Source of the DNA: Eledone cirrhosa | Taxonomy: Eukaryota | DNA: 64,000 bases | Direction: 5' to 3' | NCBI GenBank assembly: GCA_964016885.1 | Contig: OZ024746.1 | Coordinates: 28,458,001 to 28,522,000 of the forward strand | Shown here: in pieces, positions 13,878 through 27,401 of the stretch | How the letters are laid out: each line of letters begins with the position of its first letter | How positions within the stretch are numbered: position 1 is the stretch's first letter | Position numbers and translations under genes: made by a program | The notes under the pieces: generated by a model | The model's database searches: none | Told to the model about the DNA's origin: nothing | The model's input: only the letters and a program-made list of their open reading frames with translations

Positions 13878-16199
13878 TTAGGGAGAAGTGTTTAGACGGG
13901 GTCCGTATTTGTTAATGAAGTAAGATTCCTTGCTGATGCGCTGGGTGTGGGTGGCATTATCTTTAAATTTGTAGAGGGGAAAGATTCTGAAGTTGGGATG
14001 ATTTTGGGCGGCGCAGGTATCAATGTGTTCACTCAGTGGTATTTTCCTGTATTCCCGTATTTTAATTTGGGATCTATGGACAGTCATGCGTTGGCGGAGG
14101 CTGTTTTTGGTCTGGCCTATGTATTGTTCTCGACAACCTGAACAAGTTAATACATATATTAAATTTTCCGATGCACATGTGAAATTGTGTTTTACTATAA
14201 AACGTTGTCCATCTTTGAAATAGAATTCCGAACCCTCTATTAGGTTGATGCAAATGCCACAGTTGGGTCTATCGCATTTTTTTACTGTGGGTTTCGTTGT
14301 TGTGGTTGGCAGTACTTTGGCATGTGTTAAGATGTTTTTCATTGACTTGGATTGTCTTTTGCTCTTTATGATATCGTGTGTTCGTAGAATTTGGTTCATT
14401 CTATGGTCCTTTTTCAATACAGGGATGTTCTGGAGGATGGTGTCAAAGGCCTCGTTGTTGAGGGGGTTGTGTGTGGAGATGTATGGAAGAGCTTTTAGTT
14501 TTGGTTGATTTACTTTAGGGTGTCTAAGGTCCTGGGTACTGAGTTTTAGGGCACGTTGGATTCCATTGTCAATTAGTGATGCAGGGTAGTCCCTGCCTAT
14601 GAGTGTGTCCTTTAGTTCTTGTAGCCGTAAGTAGCAGATGTTTTTATTGGAGACTATAGTACAGATTCTCTTGGCTAAGTTGTAGGGAATATTAATTTTA
14701 ACGTGTCTAGGGTGGCAAGAGTTGAAGGGGAGGTATTGCTTGGAGTCTGTGGGCTTGTAGTATATGTCTGTTTCTATTTTTTTGTTATGGATCTTAATGA
14801 GGATGTCGAGGAAGGGGAGTTGTTGATGGCTGTATTCCATCGTGAAGTTAATATTTGTGTTGAGCCCATTTATAAGGGTGTGAAATTCTTTAAGTTTTTC
14901 GATGTTTTCGTGCCAAAGGATGAAGCAGTCATCAAGATATCGCTTCCAGTTCCTTTCAATGTGTAAGTGGAGGGTGTTTCCAAATTTGTTTAGGACTTTA
15001 GTGTAGAGGGTGATTTCCAGGTATCCCATGACTAGGTTGGCATACGTAGTGGCTGTTTTCGTTCCCATAGCGGTCCCAGATTTCTGCCTGTAGGGTTTGT
15101 TATTGAAAACGAAGTAATTGTTCTCCAAGATAAATTTGAGTCCCTCTATCACGAATTCTTTTTTGATGCGTTGTGGGAGTTCATTGTGGAAGTTATCCAC
15201 CCAGAATTGGATAGCTTCTATTCCTAGGTTGTGGGGGATGTTGGAGTATAGGTTGACTACATCGAACGTCACTAGTAGGGTTTGTTCAGAAAGTGGCATA
15301 TTAGGGAGGTGATTGAGCATATCTAGGTCGTCCCTTATATAGCTTTTGATGTGCTTGAGGAAGGGTTTGAGAAGGGTATCAATGAAGTTGCTAAGACGGT
15401 GCGTTTCGCAAGCGGGGCCTGCTATTATAGGTCTTAATTTGAGATCATTGGGTGAGGGGACATTGATGACTATGTCTGTGGCTTCCTTGCATGCCTTACT
15501 GATTGATTCGCTTTTATGTACTTTAGGGATACCGTAGAAAAGGCTGGATTTACTTGTGAAGTCTGTGATGAAGCTGAATTCCTTGTTAGTGAGTCCTTCT
15601 TTGTATTGGTTGATTAGAGTTTTTAGGTTTCTCATAATTTTCTGTTGATTGTAGTGTTCAGCCTTTTCGTAGTATGTTTCGTTTTCCAAAGTGGAGAGCG
15701 CTAAGTTGATATAGAATTCTGTCTCCATTAGGACTACTGTACTCCCTTTATCAGCCTCTTTAATTGTAATGGTTCTGTCGGTTTTTAATCTATTTAATTC
15801 TTCCCATTCTTTCTTGTTAAGGTTTGGCTTGTGTTTTTGTCTGTGCAAGTGTTGGTAAGGGAAGTTTGTGATGTGTTCACAGAATTCGTCCAGGATTTTA
15901 TTTCTACCTTTTGAAGGGGTGTAATTGCTTCTATTTCTGGCTAATGATTCATCCTCATTGTACTGGTCGAATAGTTGTTCACTAAGTCGTAACTTTCTAC
16001 AGAAGTCTGTGATGTCTTCCTTCATTTCATAGTAGTTAGGACGTAGTGGGGTCGGTGTGAATTTAAGACCTTTGGAGAGTAAGTTGATAAGGTTGGGTGT
16101 TGGTTCTGCACTAGTAAGATTGATAACTTTTATTACTATCGGTTTCTCCTCCCTGTCTTGTGTTATTTTGTTTGCCTGTATCTGTGTGCTGTGTCTAAA
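13878..16199 (-). CDS. PLE reverse transcriptase - GIY-YIG endonuclease
   Basis: Motifs VINLT..LLSKGLKFTPTP, ADKG, PKVHK, LRPII, FDVVNLYSNI, GTAMG, RYLDD, CDRPNCGIC linker, LIYVLTC..C..QYIGQT..LRQRMTVH. The frame is open 58 codons upstream of the ATG at 16025. Confidence 0.95.
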   Translation of the reverse strand, partial: FRHSTQIQANKITQDREEKPIVIKVINLTSAEPTPNLINLLSKGLKFTPTPLRPNYYEMKEDITDFCRKLRLSEQLFDQYNEDESLARNRSNYTPSKGRNKILDEFCEHITNFPYQHLHRQKHKPNLNKKEWEELNRLKTDRTITIKEADKGSTVVLMETEFYINLALSTLENETYYEKAEHYNQQKIMRNLKTLINQYKEGLTNKEFSFITDFTSKSSLFYGIPKVHKSESISKACKEATDIVINVPSPNDLKLRPIIAGPACETHRLSNFIDTLLKPFLKHIKSYIRDDLDMLNHLPNMPLSEQTLLVTFDVVNLYSNIPHNLGIEAIQFWVDNFHNELPQRIKKEFVIEGLKFILENNYFVFNNKPYRQKSGTAMGTKTATTYANLVMGYLEITLYTKVLNKFGNTLHLHIERNWKRYLDDCFILWHENIEKLKEFHTLINGLNTNINFTMEYSHQQLPFLDILIKIHNKKIETDIYYKPTDSKQYLPFNSCHPRHVKINIPYNLAKRICTIVSNKNICYLRLQELKDTLIGRDYPASLIDNGIQRALKLSTQDLRHPKVNQPKLKALPYISTHNPLNNEAFDTILQNIPVLKKDHRMNQILRTHDIIKSKRQSKSMKNILTHAKVLPTTTTKPTVKKCDRPNCGICINLIEGSEFYFKDGQRFIVKHNFTCASENLIYVLTCSGCREQYIGQTKNSLRQRMTVHRSQIKIREYRKIPLSEHIDTCAAQNHPNFRIFPLYKFKDNATHTQRISKESYFINKYGPRLNTSP

Positions 16200-17527
16200 A
16201 AATGGTTGGGGTAGAGGGGTTGTCTGCTGATGTTAAGTGGTCTCCTGTGTTTGTTATATTCCTTGTTGTTGTAAAATGTGGTTCGGGTTGGTGGTTGTAG
16301 ATTGAATGGGGTGTTCCTGTACTGCGAGTATGGGTGTGTGTTTCTATGTGCCATGTTGTATTGTGGTGTTATAAGTGGCCTACGTTGTTGGTTGTATCGT
16401 GTGGTGTGGGTTTGCTGTGTATTGTGGAAGTGAGAGTTGAGAAAATGGTAATTACCTTGCTGTCCCCTTGAGGAGGGGAAGTTGTTGCATCTATCATGGC
16501 GGTGGTATCTTTTCCCTATGTTTGACGATGAGGAATCCGCATAGTAGTTGAGTGATTTGGTATGGTGTCTCCTTGAAGGGGGAAAGTTGTAAATGTCATT
16601 CTGGGGGAGATGATTTCTTGGGTTTTTGTTCCTTCTTATGGTAGCGAGGTTGGGAAGTTCATCTTCGGTGTGGTGCTTCCTTCTTCGTTTGTTTGAGGCT
16701 TGGGGGTTTGAGAAGTTGTTGTGCGGTTCAGTTATGGGTTTTCCTATTTTTATGAACGGGTTATTGGAGGTGTAATCCGTTCGAAAAGTCGATTCATAGT
16801 GTAGGAACCAAGCGGCACTTTTTTCCCAGCGTTGAAGGGATTTCAGTTCTTCTCTGTTGCAGTCCCCTTTCCATAATTTGGAGATCTTCTCTACCTTGGG
16901 GCCTTCAGTTTTGTTGTTGATTTCCAGGAGGATCTCTTCATCGATGGTTTCGATTTTTTCCTCATTTGTCTGGGCCCTCAGTTTAAGAAGTTCAATTTCT
17001 GTCTTCATTTTTTCCTATGCCATTCTTTCCCTAAGGTGTCTTTGAGGTTCGGGTTCATTTGGAATGGACTTTATTTGTAGTTTACGGAGGTGAGTTAGAG
17101 GGGTTGAGTTAAGCCATTTTTCATATATCTCTGCTTTGTTGTGATTTTGTATCATCTTCCAGAATGAGAACTTTCTGTCTCTGAGGGATTTGTTCCATTT
17201 TGGAATTGTTCGAATTTTCATTTTGTGTGAATCAATCTCACATGGTTCTTCGTTGGTTTTTCCTGGGTTGGTAGTAGTGAACATAGTTTGGATAGTATCG
17301 CAAAGGTTTGGGAGTTTGTCGCCGATTTTGGAGCGTTTGTATCCGGTGGCGGTTTCCTTATTTGTGGAGTCAAGTTTGTCGACCAGCAAAGATAGGTTGG
17401 TGTTGATTTTCTTGAGTTCCTGTAGGATCTCTTCATTTGAGTTGATGAGGGTTGTATCCGTTTTTGTTGGCATTTTCTGTATCTCGTGTGAGGATATGAT
17501 AGTTAAAAGAATAGAGGTGTAACACAC
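16163..17527 (-). CDS. PLE ORF1 (coiled-coil N-part, basic low-complexity C-part) with one in-frame TAG at 17015-17017
   Basis: The 170-aa and 281-aa ORFs share a frame (atg gca TAG gaa aaa atg), lie inside the terminal repeats and overlap the RT frame in -1. Confidence 0.65.
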
Positions 17528-17602
17528 AAGTTATTATATATTGGTAAACGGAATAGAAAATGCTGACAAATTGTTCACAGTTGAAAAATGGTTTAATTAG
17601 GA

Positions 17603-17657
<55 letters not shown>

Positions 17658-17676
17658 AATATATATATATATAAAT

Positions 17677-17798
<122 letters not shown>

Positions 17799-17861
17799 AA
17801 TATATATATATAAATATATATATAAATATATTTATAAATATAAATATAAATATATATATAA

Positions 17862-17934
<73 letters not shown>

Positions 17935-18105
17935 TACACATATGCATACAGGTACACATACGTATATGCACGCATCAGTTTAGCCGGCGTTTATTATAAC
18001 GCCGGCCGCTTTGTTCGTTTGTTTGTCAACAAAGCGAACAGCCTGAATTTATGCCATACGGTGGTAAGGCAACCACGTCACCTTTTTGTTCAACACTGAC
18101 ACAGG

Positions 18106-18150
18106 AACGATGTACTAGTTTCAAGCTTGTTAGCTATCATCAGCACCGTT
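18106..18150 (-). ncRNA. Minimal type-I hammerhead (further copies at 18605-18649, 19124-19168, 19663-19707, 20196-20240)
   Basis: Minus strand reads aacggtg CTGATGA t agct aaca agct t GAAA ctagTA catcgtt: 7-bp stem I, 4-bp stem II, palindromic ACTAGT stem III, GUA site. Confidence 0.85.
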
Positions 18151-18385
18151 TACCCATCTGCCAGATAGTTGAACGTTCGAAAGTATATACTTTCCTTATG
18201 AAAATTAACGGCTGAGCAGCCTAATTTGCATATTGAGTGAGTTAAATCGGTCAGGCATACCGAAAACGATAAGTTGAAAAAAAATGAAAACGAAATTTCA
18301 TTTCTCACTCTTAGTATGGCACTTACTTAAATGTAAGTATGTATGTATACGTACATACATATATGTATACAGACGTACAGTAGCA

Positions 18386-18433
<48 letters not shown>

Positions 18434-18884
18434 TACACATATGCATACAGGTACACATACATATACGCACGCATCAGTTTAGCCGGCGTTTATTATAACG
18501 CCGGCCGCTTTGTTCGTTTGTTTGTCAACAAAGCGAACAGCCTGAATTTATGCCATACGGTGTTAAGGCAACCACGTCACCTTTTTGTTCAACACTGACA
18601 CAGGAACGATGTACTAGTTTCAAGCTTGTTAGCTATCATCAGCACCGTTTACCCATCTGCCAGATAGTTGAACGTTCGAAAGTATATACTTTCCTTATGA
18701 AAATTAACGGCTGAGCAGCCTAATTTGCATATTGAGTGAGTTAAATCGGTCAGGCATATCGAAAACGATAAGTTGAAAAAAAATGAAAACGAAATTTCAT
18801 TTCTCACTCTTAGTATGGCACTTACTTAAATGTAAGTATGTATGTATACGTACATACATATATGTATACAGACGTACAGTAGCA

Positions 18885-18952
<68 letters not shown>

Positions 18953-19403
18953 TACACATATGCATACAGGTACACATACATATATGCATGCATCAGTTTA
19001 GCCGGCGTTTATTATAACGCCGGCCGCTTTGTTCGTTTGTTTGTCAACAAAGCGAACAGCCTGAATTTATGCCATACGGTGTTAAGGCAACCACGTCACC
19101 TTTTTGTTCAACACTGACACAGGAACGATGTACTAGTTTCAAGCTTGTTAGCTATCATCAGCACCGTTTACCCATCTTCCAGATAGTTGAACGTTCGAAA
19201 GTATATACATTCCTTATGAAAATTAACGGCTGAGCAGCCTAATTTGCATATTGAGTGAGTTAAATCGGTCAGGCATACCGAAAACGATAAGTTGAAAAAA
19301 AATGAAAACGAAATTTCATTTCTCACTCTTAGTATGGCACTTACTTAAATGTAAGTATGTATGTATACGTACATACATATATGTATACAGACGTACAGTA
19401 GCA

Positions 19404-19491
<88 letters not shown>

Positions 19492-19942
19492 TACACATAT
19501 GCATACAGGTACACATACATATATGCACGCATCAGTTTAGCCGGCGTTTATTATAACGCCGGCCGCTTTGTTCGTTTGTTTGTCAACAAAGCGAACAGCC
19601 TGAATTTATGCCATACGGTGTTAAGGCGACCACGTCACCTTTTTGTTCAACACTGACACAGGAACGATGTACTAGTTTCAAGCTTGTTAGCTATCATCAG
19701 CACCGTTTACCCATCTGCCAGATAGTTGAACGTTCGAAAGTATATACTTTCCTTATGAAAATTAACGGCTGAGCAGCCTAATTTGCATATTGAGTGAGTT
19801 AAATCGGTCAGGCATACCGAAAACGATAAGTTGAAAAAAAATGAAAACGAAATTTCATTTCTCACTCTTAGTATGGCACTTACTTAAATGTAAGTATGTA
19901 TGTATACGTACATACATATATGTATACAGACGTACAGTAGCA

Positions 19943-20024
<82 letters not shown>

Positions 20025-20524
20025 TACACATATGCATACAGGTACACATACATATATGCACGCATCAGTTTAGCCGGCGTTTATTATAACGCCGGCCGCT
20101 TTGTTCGTTTGTTTGTCAACAAAGCGAACAGCCTGAATTTATGCCATACGGTGTTAAAGCAACCACGTCACCTTTTTGTTCAACACTGACACAGGAACGA
20201 TGTACTAGTTTCAAGCTTTTTAGCTATCATCAGCACCGTTTACCCATCTGCCAGATAGTTGAACGTTCGAAAGTATATACTTTCCTTATGAAAATTAACG
20301 GCTGAGCAGCCTAATTTGTATATTGAGTGAGTTAAATCGGTCAGGCATACCGAAAACGATAAGTTGAAAAAAAATGAAAACGAAATTTCATTTCTCACTC
20401 TTAGTATGGCACTTACTTAAATGTAAGTATGTATGTATACGTACATACATATATGCTGCTCAGCCGTTAATTTTCATAAGGAAAGTATATACTTTCGAAC
20501 GTTCAACTATCTGGCAGATGGGTA

Positions 20525-20569
20525 AACGGTGCTGATGATAGCTAACAAGCTTGAAACTAGTACATCGTT
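20525..20569 (+). ncRNA. Minimal type-I hammerhead (further copies at 21034-21078, 21549-21593)
   Basis: The same motif read directly on +: aacggtgctgatgatagctaacaagcttgaaactagtacatcgtt. Confidence 0.85.
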
Positions 20570-20740
20570 CATGTGTCAGTGTTGAACAAAAAGGTGACGT
20601 GGTTGCCTTAACACCGTATGGCATAAATTCAGGCTGTTCGCTTTGTTGACAAACAAACGAACAAAGCGGCCGGCGTTATAATAAACGCCGGCTAAACTGA
20701 TGCGTGCATATATGTATGTGTACCTGTATGCATATGTGTA

Positions 20741-20798
<58 letters not shown>

Positions 20799-21249
20799 TG
20801 CTACTGTACGTCTGTATACATATATGTATGTACGTATACATACATACTTACATTTAAGTAAGTGCCATACTAAGAGTGAGAAATGAAATTTCGTTTTCAT
20901 TTTTTTTCAACTTATCGTTTTCGGTATGCCTGACCGATTTAACTCACTCAATATGCAAATTAGGCTGCTCAGCCGTTAATTTTCATAAGGAAAGTATATA
21001 CTTTCGAACGTTCAACTATCTGGCAGATGGGTAAACGGTGCTGATGATAGCTAACAAGCTTGAAACTAGTACATCGTTCCTGTGTCAGTGTTGAACAAAA
21101 AGGTGACGTGGTTGCCTTAACACCGTATGGCATAAATTCAGGCTGTTCGCTTTGTTGACAAACAAACGGACAAAGCGGCCGGCGTTATAATAAACGCCGG
21201 CTAAACTGATGCGTGCATATATGTATGTGTACCTGTATGCATATGTGTA

Positions 21250-21313
<64 letters not shown>

Positions 21314-21764
21314 TGCTATTGTACGTCTGTATACATATATGTATGTACGTATACATACATACTTACATTTAAGTAAGTGCCATACTAAGAGTGAGAAATG
21401 AAATTTCGTTTTCATTTTTTTTCAACTTATCGTTTTCGGTATGCCTGACCGATTTAACTCACTCAATATGCAAATTAGGCTGCTCAGCCGTTAATTTTCA
21501 TAAGGAAAGTATATACTTTCGAACGTTCAACTATCTGGCAGATGGGTGAACGGTGCTGATGATAGCTAACAAGCTTGAAACTAGTACATCGTTCCTGTGT
21601 CAGTGTTGAACAAAAAGGTGACGTGGTTGCCTTAACACCGTATGGCATAAATTCAGGCTGTTCGCTTTGTTGACAAACAAACGAACAAAGCGGCCGGCGT
21701 TATAATAAACGCCGGCTAAACTGATGCGTGCATATATGTATGTGTACCTGTATGCATATGTGTA

Positions 21765-21890
<126 letters not shown>

Positions 21891-22013
21891 TGCTACTGTA
21901 CGTCTGTATACATATATGTATGTACGTATACATACATACGTATATGTATATTTATATATATATATATGTATATGTATATATATATACATATATGTATATT
22001 TATATATATCTAC

Positions 22014-22050
<37 letters not shown>

Positions 22051-22079
22051 TATATATACATAAATATATATATGTATAC

Positions 22080-22115
<36 letters not shown>

Positions 22116-22517
22116 ATGTGGTCGTAAGAAGTAACCTAAAAGGAAACTATATTAGAAAATATGAATGAATTATTATTAGATGTCAAGACGCCATTTTCCC
22201 CGAATTACATGCAGTTGTGAATTTCTAAATTGAGAAGAAGACCAATGAATATCGTATTGGGAGTACATCATTTATGAAGGTCTTGGAGCCTTATATATAT
22301 ATACATCTGTCTATATATATATAATAATTGTTTAGGTGGATATCCAGTGATTTCGATCTGGTTGTTTACAATGTGCTCAACAAATTCATTTGGAGCACAC
22401 ACACCTGGTTAATTGTAATACAACAGTCAGAAGTCTAAGCCGAGTTTGGATCTAGCTGTCGAAACGGCCGGAGCTCAGCCGTCGTGGTCCTGATTCTTTT
22501 CTATATATATATAAATA

Positions 22518-22558
<41 letters not shown>

Positions 22559-22627
22559 AAAAAGAGATGAAATCGAAAATGCAACTGGAGTCTTATTTAA
22601 AAAAAATATATATATATTTATTTGGTT

Positions 22628-22665
22628 CCTTAACCGGTTTCGCAGTTCTTCTGCTTTTCAAAAGG
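22628..22665 (-). ncRNA. Minimal hammerhead, U3-A8 core variant
   Basis: cctt TTGAAAA gcag aagaa ctgc GAAA ccgg TT aagg. Palindromic ACCGGT stem III. Confidence 0.55.
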
Positions 22666-22693
22666 TGAGTTGAGATGGAGGGTCTGTGGTTTT

Positions 22694-22861
<168 letters not shown>

Positions 22862-22903
22862 AAGTGTAAGTCAACTGGTTAAAATTGACGTATATTCATA
22901 TTC

Positions 22904-22962
22904 GCTGCAATATAGATTTCGGTGATAAACATTATTCAACAGCTATGACCTCATCAGGCAGC
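22904..22962 (-). ncRNA. Type-I hammerhead ribozyme motif
   Basis: gctgc CTGATGA ggtcatag...ttatcacc GAAA tctata TT gcagc: 5-bp stem I, G-C closed stem II, AUU site. Confidence 0.65.
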
Positions 22963-22993
22963 TAGAACTTGAACAGAAAACACAGAAATACGC

Positions 22994-23125
22994 AATGGTG
23001 GAAGAACGTTAATCTCCGTTATTTCGGTCCTTTGATATACCAAGTTCCGAAGTGTTGTGTTGTTTTCTCAAAGAACTGGGCATATCAAAGGAACGAAATA
23101 ACGGAGGTGAACTTTATTCCCCCAT
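22994..23125. repeat. Short imperfect palindrome / MITE-like hairpin
   Basis: ctccgttatttcggtcctttgatat pairs with atatcaaaggaacgaaataacggag, and pairing extends on both sides. Confidence 0.65.
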
Positions 23126-23344
23126 TATTATAAATATTTATTAGTTGACAAATTATGTTAGATAAACCATCCATTATGGAGGGCTCCTCTCTATAAGACA
23201 CTGTTTTTCTGCCTCTTACCCACACACCTTCAGCTCTCTCATTCTTTATCTGATTTACTTACCTTGATATTTCTAACCCCACCTGCATTTGTAACGGCTT
23301 CCAAGCCATAACCACACACTAACACACTTATATATGTAAACATG

Positions 23345-23395
<51 letters not shown>

Positions 23396-23462
23396 GTGTG
23401 TGTGTGTATGGTTGTAAATATATCTATCTATATATACAATATGTGTATATATGTACTTACAC

Positions 23463-23493
<31 letters not shown>

Positions 23494-23522
23494 CATATGT
23501 GCATATATGCATATATACATAC

Positions 23523-23563
<41 letters not shown>

Positions 23564-23578
23564 TATATATATATACAG

Positions 23579-23655
<77 letters not shown>

Positions 23656-23981
23656 GTGTGTGTGTCAGCATGGAATTACATATGTAGACTTATGAATACG
23701 TTACAGTGTTGTTTGATGCTAGCTTGTTTCAATTTTGTAGCAATTAATTATAGATTCTTTACAATGATGATATACTTAAGATGTTGGTATGGTTCCTTAT
23801 GGTATTTGTTTTGGGGAAGGTGAAGCAGTCTACGAGGCAGTTGAATTCTTTAAAAGTAAGATATTTATTGAAACTTCGATAACAAACACGCCATAATTAT
23901 TGTCGCCTTTCATGTGAGGCTGCGAAAATAATTACGATTAAAAGAAGCAAAATAAACATTACAATAAATATATGAAAATAT

Positions 23982-24016
<35 letters not shown>

Positions 24017-24031
24017 GTATGTATATATCTA

Positions 24032-24143
<112 letters not shown>

Positions 24144-24162
24144 TATACACATATATGTATAT

Positions 24163-24208
<46 letters not shown>

Positions 24209-24236
24209 GTGTGTGTGTGTATACATATATATATAA

Positions 24237-24280
<44 letters not shown>

Positions 24281-24350
24281 ATATATATAAATATATTTAT
24301 ATTTATATAAATATATATATATATATATAAATATATTTATATAAATATAT

Positions 24351-24395
<45 letters not shown>

Positions 24396-24412
24396 TATTT
24401 ATATAAATATAT

Positions 24413-24463
<51 letters not shown>

Positions 24464-24588
24464 TATTTATATATATATATATATATATATAAATATATTT
24501 ATATATATATATATATATATATAAATATATTTATATATATATATATATATATATAAATATATTTATATATATATATATATATATATAA

Positions 24589-24642
<54 letters not shown>

Positions 24643-24780
24643 TAAATATATTTATATATAGTAATAATAATAAAATTGAAGACTAAAATCCAAAGAGGGC
24701 TCGATAAGGATAAATATATATCAAATATATAAGAACCCTAGAGCAAATATTTATTAAAATAACAGATTAAAGTTTAAGCA

Positions 24781-24817
<37 letters not shown>

Positions 24818-24818
24818 A

Positions 24819-24887
<69 letters not shown>

Positions 24888-24889
24888 TA

Positions 24890-24934
<45 letters not shown>

Positions 24935-25253
24935 GAAGTTCAGTAAAAACTTTCTGAAAACAATAAAAATGAGATTATAGATATGTATGTACGATTGAAT
25001 GCATATATATATATGGGATATAGGTGTGTGTGTGAATGTAAACGCATGCATGGATCCATACATGTATGTATGTATGTATATGTGTACGTAGGCATGAATA
25101 TTTCGAAGTGTTCGTATGTGTATATCTTTATGTACATACATATGTATGTAATTGTGCGTAAAGAAAATTTATACATAAAAAATATATATATACGGAAGGC
25201 TGCATGTACACACTCACAAATGCAGACATGTATACATTCATATATAGGTGTAT

Positions 25254-25288
<35 letters not shown>

Positions 25289-25322
25289 CATACATATTAT
25301 ATGTACATACATACATACATTC

Positions 25323-25353
<31 letters not shown>

Positions 25354-25463
25354 TGTATGTATGTATGTATGTATGTATGTATGTATGTATGTATGTATGT
25401 ATGTATGTATGTATGTATGTATGTATGTATGTATGTATGTATGTATGTATGTATGTATGTATG

Positions 25464-25494
<31 letters not shown>

Positions 25495-25699
25495 GTAAGT
25501 AAAACAAAACCAAACAAAACAAAACAAAACCTGCCAAAGGGGCTCTTAAGAGTCAATGGCCATCCAAAATCACCGGGAGAGATGACCCCTTAGCCTTTGT
25601 CAAGGCAGAATTCTAGGAGAAGGAAAACTCTGATATAACACCTGCAACCTTGATGGTATCCAATGATGTTGAATTGTTCTTCTTTTTGGTAAATATCAT

Positions 25700-25985
25700 C
25701 TTGGTTAAGAAAGTGGGACTGGCTTTGTGCACTGCCTTTGCTCACTATAAAAGCTTCACGGCACAGCATTGCTTTATATCTGGAGATCTCTCTGCCCTTG
25801 TCGTCACATGGTACCATGGGCCCAGCACTATGTGTCAATAATTGTCATAAGTGTAGTGTTTGTATCAGAGTTTTCAAGTCGCTGGCTGGACTAAAAAGTC
25901 ACACTCGTTCAGCACATCGGTAGGGGTTCTCCTACATTGATATAAAGTAGTGGCCGTACTTGAAAACTAGTTGGCAGCCACCATG
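25700..25985 (+). mobile_element. RTE-type LINE 3' end remnant
   Basis: C-terminal CSVCIRVFKSLAGLKSHTRSAH finger, short 3' UTR and (ATGT)n tail. Confidence 0.55.
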
Positions 25986-26139
25986 TATGTATGTATGTGC
26001 CCGTAACTCCTGATAGAGTCGTGCAGTGGCCTTATTGACATACAGCGTTTCTTGAGCATTTTACGCTTGGCCGAGCCCATAACTCTCCAGGCCTGAGTAC
26101 AGCAGATTTCTTCCAGAGAGAGGAAGAATCGATCCCAAT

Positions 26140-26280
26140 ATTAGACTAGTACATTTTTTATCGACCTCGAAAGCATGAACGGCAAAGTTGACCTCGGCGG
26201 GATTTGAACTCAGAGCAGAAAGCCGGAACAAATATCATAAAGCGTTCCATCCGGCGTCCTAATTACTCTGCCATTTAGCC
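26140..26280 (-). mobile_element. tRNA-derived SINE (same family as 35010-35203)
   Basis: Reverse complement of ctgagttcaaatcccgccgaggtcaactttgcc..ttcat..gtcgataaaa. Confidence 0.65.
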
Positions 26281-26831
26281 CCCCCCCCTCTCTCTCTATA
26301 TATATATCGTAATCCACCTGGTTGTGGTGGGTCTGATAACGTTGTCAGAACTCAATGTGTCCTTGGAAGGATGATTGCAGCGAGAATCAACAGAGGGACT
26401 GGTAGTTTTTGTGGTAGGTGATCACCGTCTAAGGTAACCTTGAAGAAAATCCGTTCAGGTTACAGAATCCTTTACATATATGTGTTTGTACATAGAACAA
26501 TAAAAAAAGAAATTAGCTGTAGGTAGATAGTTACTTCATCGATTTACGGTCATTTTTTTCTTCATATGGTAGATTGCTAGATGGAGATTGATGTATCGAG
26601 TAGCATGGTAGCCCAAACATGGTCAGTCGATACATGGTTTATTTATTACTTATTTCCCATCTCGAAATCCCTGTTCAATCGGCTGCCCTCCACAGAAACA
26701 CGGTGTTTACTGATGCGTACCTTTTTCTTTTCTGTGGGTATATATACCCAGCTATTCGTCTACCGTTACGGCGAAGCCTTCTATTTCTATTTCAATTTTT
26801 AAACTTCGATTATCGCTTTCTAAACATACAG

Positions 26832-26875
<44 letters not shown>

Positions 26876-27128
26876 TTATGTATGTGTATATATATATGTA
26901 TGTAAAGGTAAACAGAAATAACACAATCGGAACAGTATATGGAAGGAATATATTAGGTTATTAGGTTAACGCTTTAAATAGCAGGAAGAGGGTCTTAGCG
27001 TGTTGGACGCTAGTCCTTCATCAGAAGAAAGAATGAGGAGCAATATAGGTTGAAGAGACAGGCGGGGTGGAATTGGAAAACATGTCTTTCGATAAAAATA
27101 ACAGGTCTATTCATGTTGACATCACTAA

Positions 27129-27206
<78 letters not shown>

Positions 27207-27366
27207 TATTGAAGTTTCCGTTGAAAATTGAAAAAGTCATAGGAGTGAAGAGTGCTCTATGTCAGTACCAGAGCAAAATTTAATGAGGACGTTTTTCCTA
27301 TTCGTCTTATTCGGGAAACCTCTGGTAATGAGGTAATTATATTGTATTGTTTATTATACATTATAC

Positions 27367-27401
<35 letters not shown>

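Larger units (their letters stand above)
12716..17607 (-). mobile_element. Penelope-like retroelement (EN+, probably Neptune-type), near full length
   Basis: RT + C-terminal GIY-YIG ORF. 67-bp direct terminal repeats at 12716-12782 and 17541-17607 (partial pLTR). Both ends lie in (TA)n. Confidence 0.93.

Noticed and set aside
25845-25923. C2H2 zinc finger as a host transcription-factor exon
   Set aside because: It is a single finger followed by a stop, short UTR and repeat tail, which fits an RTE LINE C-terminus.
26975-27035. Hammerhead-like motif on minus (ctgatga aggac tagc gtcc aaca..), with a similar one at ~62555-62600
   Set aside because: GAAA is missing and stem I is unconvincing; at best a dead relic.
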